IMG/VR virus record: IMGVR_UViG_3300045125_000064
Location: 36,383 to 100,382 of that record
Strand: one strand, 5' to 3'
Length of the DNA stretch: 64,000 nt
Source: a virus
The position numbers were made by a program, and so were the translations under genes. Positions 59,195 through 64,000 of the stretch are shown piece after piece; position 1 is the stretch's first letter; the number at the start of each line of letters is the position of its first letter. The notes beneath the pieces were generated by a model, which was not told the DNA's origin, did no database searches, and was given only the letters and a program-made list of their open reading frames with translations.

Positions 59195-59753
59195 ATGGCA
59201 GAATTGATAGATTTAACAGGAAAAGTATTTCATAATTTGACAGTTTTGGGTAGAGCGTCTTCAAATAGGCAGGGCAGTTCAACTTGGTTGTGTAAATGTG
59301 TCTGCGGAGCAGAAAAGGTTGTATCCTCAGATCATTTAACAAGGAAAAAATCACCTGTTGAGTCCTGCGGATGCCTTTCAATAAGACAAGGGCCAAGACA
59401 TTCTCAATGGACTGGATGTGGCGATATTTCGGGAAACTGGTGGTATAATCATGTTCTTAGAGAGAGAAAACAGACTACTAGAGCTAGAATTCCTGTAGAA
59501 ATAACAATTCAAGATGCTTGGGATTTGTTTCTAAGGCAAGAAAAAATGTGCTTTAAGCGGCTTAGACATTGTGATAAGCAATACATCAAAATATTCAACA
59601 GCGTCAATTGATAGAATTGATAGTTCTAAGGGATATATTCTTGGAAATATTCAGTGGGTTCACAAAGATGTTAATTTTATGAAAAGAACGTACTCTCAAG
59701 AATATTTTGTTAAAATGTGTAAATTGATTACAGAAAATTGTGAAATTAAGTAA
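59195..59753 (+). mobile_element. HNH-type homing endonuclease (frameshift near 59545)
   Basis: DLTGKVFHNLTVL; WLCKCVCG; SCGC; KCALSG; ASIDRIDSSKGYILGNIQWVHKDVNFMK. Confidence 0.8.
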
Positions 59754-59771
59754 TAAAAACAAGGTGTTAAG

Positions 59772-60167
59772 ATGGGAAACAGATTATTAAATTGTAATGA
59801 AGAGACAAGAGAATATGTGCGGAAGTATTATCCAGCTTTATATCCACAATTGGAAGATTATTTCAATGGAACTACAAACAATTTAATCTATTTTTCTGTT
59901 ATTCCAGAGGTGGCAAAGAAAGGAATGGTTGTTCCTTATTATGATGAAGAAGCTCGGACATTGAGAATTGTTGAAATTAAGTTTTCAAAATTAAAAATAT
60001 CAATTCCAGGCATTCCATTGGATGATTATAAGGTGGTTTATTCCTTTCTTCCACCAAATACTTTGCAAGATGATTCTCTAGACAGGCATTTTATCTCAAT
60101 AGAAAGAGGTGAAGATTATCTGGAGGTTTATTTGGCACAAACACCAAAAATTATGGGAGAATCTTAA
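59772..60167 (+). CDS. hypothetical protein
   Basis: 131-aa ORF with SD AAGGT. Confidence 0.55.
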   Translation: MGNRLLNCNEETREYVRKYYPALYPQLEDYFNGTTNNLIYFSVIPEVAKKGMVVPYYDEEARTLRIVEIKFSKLKISIPGIPLDDYKVVYSFLPPNTLQDDSLDRHFISIERGEDYLEVYLAQTPKIMGES

Positions 60168-60168
60168 T

Positions 60169-60378
60169 ATGAGTTACAAGCCAATAAAAATTGTTAAGAT
60201 ACCAGTTGGAGAAGTGGAAGAAGGAAAAGAAGTGAACAGAATATATGATGGTTCACTATTAAGACCAGAGAAAATTATTCACTATTATGAATCATCTGAA
60301 TTGGATAAATCCAAGCTAATTGATCTTTCTCCAAGGGTGGTTGATTATTACCAGCTAGGCAAATTAGGAGAAAGATGA
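60169..60378 (+). CDS. hypothetical protein
   Basis: SD GGAG; MSYKPIKIVK... Confidence 0.5.
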   Translation: MSYKPIKIVKIPVGEVEEGKEVNRIYDGSLLRPEKIIHYYESSELDKSKLIDLSPRVVDYYQLGKLGER

Positions 60379-60563
60379 TAGTTTCTGTAAAATTAATTAA
60401 AAGTGAGCAAAAAAACAAAAAATTTGATATAGTTATAAATGATAGATATATTATTGATTTTGATTATTTCAATAATTATATTTTATCTACAATGGAAGAG
60501 AACCTTGAAGTGCAATTTGAGGTAAAAGAAATAGGAGATACACAATGGATGCAGATAAATTAG
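60375..60563 (+). CDS. hypothetical protein
   Basis: SD AGGAG; ATGA overlap. Confidence 0.5.
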   Translation: MIVSVKLIKSEQKNKKFDIVINDRYIIDFDYFNNYILSTMEENLEVQFEVKEIGDTQWMQIN

Positions 60564-60748
60564 ATACATTGATTTTCCAGCTTGAGCAGAGAAGAAAGAC
60601 GGTGCTTGACAAGATGGATACTTCAGAGTATCATATAGACACAAGAGCAAAAGAAGATGCAGCTTTGCTGAGTGGCGAGTTGCAAGACATAGATATTAGG
60701 TTACGCTCTCTACAAGAGCAAAAGAAAAAAACATTACTTTTAGGATAA
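60545..60748 (+). CDS. small coiled-coil protein
   Basis: SD AGGAG; helical hairpin ending KTLLLG. Confidence 0.55.
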   Translation: MDADKLDTLIFQLEQRRKTVLDKMDTSEYHIDTRAKEDAALLSGELQDIDIRLRSLQEQKKKTLLLG

Positions 60749-60761
60749 TATAGGAGAAAAA

Positions 60762-61046
60762 ATGGCAAGTCAATTAACAAAACAAGAACATCTATCAAAT
60801 TACATTCGTTCAATGGCTCAAATTGAGGCTTGTATCAAACCATATCAAGAACAACGGAGAGATACTAAGAAAAATTATAAAGATAACAACTGGCTAACCA
60901 AAGAAGAAATTAAACTTGCAGATAAAGCATATTCTCTTCTTAAGCAAGAGATTGATTTTGATAACCTAGCAACAATTAAAACTGAAGTTTTTAAGGCTCT
61001 GGGTCTAGAGGAAAACGATTCAGAAGGTGAAGATGAAGACGATTAA
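60762..61046 (+). CDS. putative dsDNA-binding protein (T4 DsbA/GapR-like)
   Basis: SD AGGAG; YIRSMAQIE...QEQRRDTKKNYKD pattern; the family call is weak. Confidence 0.35.
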   Translation: MASQLTKQEHLSNYIRSMAQIEACIKPYQEQRRDTKKNYKDNNWLTKEEIKLADKAYSLLKQEIDFDNLATIKTEVFKALGLEENDSEGEDEDD

Positions 61047-61383
61047 TTTTGAAAAAATTGGTTCAGTTTCCAGCATCTTAGAACAAAATTATCTTGCATT
61101 TTATGTAGATAACAGCTATACTGATCCAGTGGACCAGGAAGATGATTCTTTTATGGGACAGATTATGTCAAAGTCTCCTAAAAAATCATTTGATTTTAAC
61201 GTCAAAATGTTTGAAAGATTAAATGAACCAAAGCATTCACTTGTGATGCAAAATGGTTTTGAAGTTTTAGTTGAAATCGCCCTAGAAGGCGAACAAATAA
61301 AAGTATTATTTGTTCCTCCCACAAATATTATAGCAGATCTTACTGTGGAGAAACATGAATATTTTTGCAATCGGCGGAAATGA
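61027..61383 (+). CDS. hypothetical protein
   Basis: 118-aa ORF; VLFVPPTNIIA loosely GroES-like. Confidence 0.45.
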   Translation: MKMKTINFEKIGSVSSILEQNYLAFYVDNSYTDPVDQEDDSFMGQIMSKSPKKSFDFNVKMFERLNEPKHSLVMQNGFEVLVEIALEGEQIKVLFVPPTNIIADLTVEKHEYFCNRRK

Positions 61384-61871
61384 AGAAACTGGTGAAATTG
61401 ATTGGGCGGCTTCAGCAAGAGAATTAGATAATTATCGAGTTGTTAAGATGATTCTTGAATCTTGCCAGATTGGATCAACAGTTATGAATGGATTTGGATT
61501 AAAAGGCACCATATAAATCCTTTAATCCAAACCATCCAAGCTGTTTGTGGGCAGCAGAGAGTTTTACAAATTATATGAATCTTATGCTTCATCTTGAAGC
61601 AATGCTGGAAGAATATACAGAAAGATTCGAAAAAACTCATAAATGCCAAGCAGTTTATAGTCAATTGTTAGAAATGACAGATTCAAATTTATTCCCACAA
61701 TTTGAATCAACGCCATTAAAAATGGCAATGCCAGATGAGTTTAAAATAGAAGGTAATCCAGTTAAATCATATCGAGATTACTATTCAACAAAAGAAAGAA
61801 TTCGTTATCCAAAAAATAAAATACCTGAATGGTTTCTTGCGAGAAGAAATTTGCCATTCCAAACTATTTAA
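61355..61871 (+). CDS. pyrimidine-dimer DNA glycosylase (DenV-like family), frameshifted
   Basis: MNIF start; VVKMILESCQ; HP..LWAAES..NY; EYTERFEKTH; AMPDEFK...VKSYRDYY. Confidence 0.65.
61863..61870 (+). promoter_or_regulatory. putative late promoter core
   Basis: ACTATTTA about 30 nt upstream of ATG 61895. Confidence 0.5.
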
Positions 61872-61894
61872 GGTATGAATGGAGATAAGAACAA

Positions 61895-62368
61895 ATGAAT
61901 CAACTTTTAAACTCAAAATATTCAAAGAACTGGAAGAAATATCTAACTGAACAAAATGCAATGGGTGCTGGCGCAGTCGAAGGTTCGCCAATTGGCGCTC
62001 ATGATAATGATGATTTTCAGCTTGATGAAGTTGACAACTTTAATGCATTGGAAGGCGCAGATGATTTTGAGGAAAATGAGCATGAACCAGAATGGTGGGA
62101 AGACCCAGAAGATGATGATCTAACTATGACTCATGAAGATTTTGATGATGAAGAAGATTTTGAAGATCCTGATTCGTTGGAAGAACCTTGGGATAAACAA
62201 CATGATTTTGGATGGTCAGATGAAGATGATGAGGAAGATGAATTTGACGATGAATTTGGATTGGATGATGTAACAAACGGAATTGAAGATGAACCTTCAT
62301 TGGAAGATCCATATCATGCTGACAATCCAGATGATAATATGCATTGGCCAGGTAAAAGATATTGGTAA
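61895..62368 (+). CDS. extremely acidic protein
   Basis: D/E-dominated with interspersed W/F; N-terminal NWKKYLTEQ. Confidence 0.7.
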   Translation: MNQLLNSKYSKNWKKYLTEQNAMGAGAVEGSPIGAHDNDDFQLDEVDNFNALEGADDFEENEHEPEWWEDPEDDDLTMTHEDFDDEEDFEDPDSLEEPWDKQHDFGWSDEDDEEDEFDDEFGLDDVTNGIEDEPSLEDPYHADNPDDNMHWPGKRYW

Positions 62369-62371
62369 ATA

Positions 62372-63412
62372 ATGGGTTATCTCTATAATTGGAAAAATCA
62401 TCTTTTGAATGAACAATTTTCATTGGATGATTTTGCTCCAAATCCAATTCCAAATGATACTTTAATCAAAAAACATAATCGAGTCGTCATAGGTTCAAAA
62501 CTTGACGGTTTGATTCTCAATTTTATTGATAAATATTATAAACCAATATTGGATGCAATAACAGATATAAAAGACAGAAAAGTATATGAGCTAGAATTAT
62601 TCCATGGCATTGTTTATTGGCTTGTGGAAAGAACAGAAATTTTAACTCAATATAAAATAACAAATTATCTTGGAGAAGGTTCTTTTGGTGTTGTATTAGA
62701 GCTTGAAAATGAGCATACAATTAAATTCTTTTATGAATCATATGAATCAGTTTATAAGGCAGACGAATCTTTAATTGATGTTGATTTGCTTGGTGCTCAA
62801 GATAATGAAAGAAATCTTTATTCTAAAAAACATAGTAAGAATAAAATGACAATTTTTGATTCAGGAAGAACCAAATTTACGTTTGACGGAGTGGAAGCAG
62901 AAATATTTTGGTACGAAATGCCAAAGTTTATTCCTTTAATGAAAAAGGTAGACTCTGCAAAAGTAAAAGAAATGGTTGGAACAGCAATACTTCAGCTTAG
63001 AGATCTTGCAATTACACAACTTTCTTACTACAAGGCAAGAAAAAATGTCCCAGAAGCAAGAAGAATAATAACAAACGAATATCTTGCAGACTCAAGAATT
63101 AACTGGGATCAAAATAGAACTTTACTTACAAATAAAGATATGAATAGAATTCTTGATATTGTTATAGATTCCAAACAAAAGCAATATCTTGCAGAAATAT
63201 CAAAATTGTTTATTCTCAAGTTTCATTTGATGACTTCTGAAAACTACAATGAATATCCTGGAGAATTAGAGAAAGACTGCTTTGAATTTACAGTTAATTT
63301 ATTTAATTCAATTTATAATCTTGCCAAACAGGATAAAATTTGGGATATCTATGCTAGAAATATTGGTATATCTCCACAATCCCCAACAAATCCCATCATT
63401 TTTGATTATTAA
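62372..63412 (+). CDS. atypical protein kinase-like protein
   Basis: YLGEGSFGVV Gly-rich loop; TIK lysine; DIYARN catalytic loop; IFDY in the DFG position at the very C-terminus. Confidence 0.7.
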   Translation: MGYLYNWKNHLLNEQFSLDDFAPNPIPNDTLIKKHNRVVIGSKLDGLILNFIDKYYKPILDAITDIKDRKVYELELFHGIVYWLVERTEILTQYKITNYLGEGSFGVVLELENEHTIKFFYESYESVYKADESLIDVDLLGAQDNERNLYSKKHSKNKMTIFDSGRTKFTFDGVEAEIFWYEMPKFIPLMKKVDSAKVKEMVGTAILQLRDLAITQLSYYKARKNVPEARRIITNEYLADSRINWDQNRTLLTNKDMNRILDIVIDSKQKQYLAEISKLFILKFHLMTSENYNEYPGELEKDCFEFTVNLFNSIYNLAKQDKIWDIYARNIGISPQSPTNPIIFDY

Positions 63413-63413
63413 T

Positions 63414-63442
63414 TTGCACCTTATGCAAAAATGTGTTATAAT
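63414..63442 (+). promoter_or_regulatory. sigma70-type early promoter
   Basis: TTGCAC-17 nt-TATAAT with extended -10 TGn. Confidence 0.7.
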
Positions 63443-63471
63443 ATAAACACAGGTCAAGATAAGGAGAGAAA

Positions 63472-63663
63472 ATGTTTAAAGGATTATCCACACCTAATTT
63501 AATTGATACTGCATTAATGGCTGGGATTGCCATTTGTGTTGCACCAGTTGTTGCTGTTGGTGCAGCAATGGTTGTTGGGTTTGGTTTAACAATTCTTGGA
63601 GCAAATTTGGCAGTAGAAGCAACAAAAATTGCGGTACAGAAGATAACAGAAAAAGAACAATAA
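63472..63663 (+). CDS. small hydrophobic membrane protein
   Basis: SD AAGGAG; long Ala/Val/Gly-rich hydrophobic stretch. Confidence 0.6.
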   Translation: MFKGLSTPNLIDTALMAGIAICVAPVVAVGAAMVVGFGLTILGANLAVEATKIAVQKITEKEQ

Positions 63664-63672
63664 AGAGGAAGA

Positions 63673-64000
63673 ATGGAACAAGAAAATATTAATGATGACA
63701 TAAAGTTTGTAAAACTTGTGTCATATACGCAGCCTTCGAAGAATTTAGAAAAAGAAGGGCTAAAAATAACGCCCAAGACTTGATTGCCTATTGTGCAAGA
63801 GTGTCAAATTCAGCAAATCAGATGAATACAGAATCATCTGAGAAACTAGTAAAATACCTAATAAAACACGCCCACTGGAGCCCCCTTGAGCAAGTAGACG
63901 TTTGCTTTGAGATTGAAACAACAAGAAGATATATCAAGACAGATGATTCGACACAAATCGCTGTCAATACAAGAATTTTCACAAAGATATTCAGACGTTG
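63673..64000 (+). CDS. thyX: flavin-dependent thymidylate synthase, partial
   Basis: VKLVSYT; IAYCARVS; YLIKHAHWSPLE; RQMIRHKSLSIQEFSQRY (RHxS...SxRY motif). Confidence 0.9.

Noticed and set aside
61027-61383. GroES/gp31-like co-chaperonin call
   Set aside because: Only a faint C-terminal resemblance; the N-terminal PLxDRV-type motif is absent.
1446-63776. Minus-strand ORFs in the track
   Set aside because: All are short shadows of + strand genes, with no RBS or motifs.
1-64000. Stop-codon reassignment (TAG/TGA read-through) as the cause of gene fragmentation
   Set aside because: At the junctions checked (about 600, 11420, 12605, 19170, 51330) the conserved protein continues in a different frame rather than through the stop, often at homopolymers. 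These are indels, not recoding.
1-64000. CRISPR arrays, tRNAs, introns, inteins, DGR
   Set aside because: No regularly spaced repeats, cloverleafs, reverse transcriptase or splice motifs were seen. Stitched terL, nrdJ and helicase have normal lengths. Both endonucleases are free-standing.

Overview
A 64-kb, AT-rich segment of a large T4-like myovirus (probably a jumbo phage); essentially every real gene is on the + strand. Gene order: baseplate/virion genes; RuvC-like resolvase, primase and an apparently fused SbcD-SbcC (gp47-gp46) nuclease; a lysis cassette (holin-like, peptidase M15A endolysin, two spanin-like proteins); terminase, portal, prohead protease; a phage-encoded ribosomal protein bS21; a fibre protein, scaffold and major capsid protein; a Hef-like homing endonuclease; neck, sheath, two tube-like genes, tail chaperone, tape measure and baseplate; a replication block (miniature PolA, tubulin-like protein, gp32-like SSB, RecA, 5'-3' exonuclease, DnaB-like helicase); class II RNR (nrdJ), an HNH-type endonuclease, a DenV-like glycosylase, an acidic protein plus kinase pair, and thyX. 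Many essential genes are broken by small indels, mostly at homopolymers, which points to long-read assembly error rather than pseudogenes or recoding, so several coordinates span stitched fragments. Best leads: (1) strong enrichment of [ST]-[GAS]-S tripeptides in outer virion proteins only, a possible modification sequon; (2) a late-promoter cassette encoding an acidic protein and a minimal kinase that share an N-terminal NWK..L.EQ motif, possibly capsid-packaged effectors; (3) a bipartite non-T4 late promoter CTTTGAGC-N4-AAAGACTATTTA; (4) an RBS-occluding hairpin with a late promoter in its loop in front of the HNH gene; (5) bS21 in a phage that uses strong SD sequences. All family calls come from motif recognition by eye; no searches were run.
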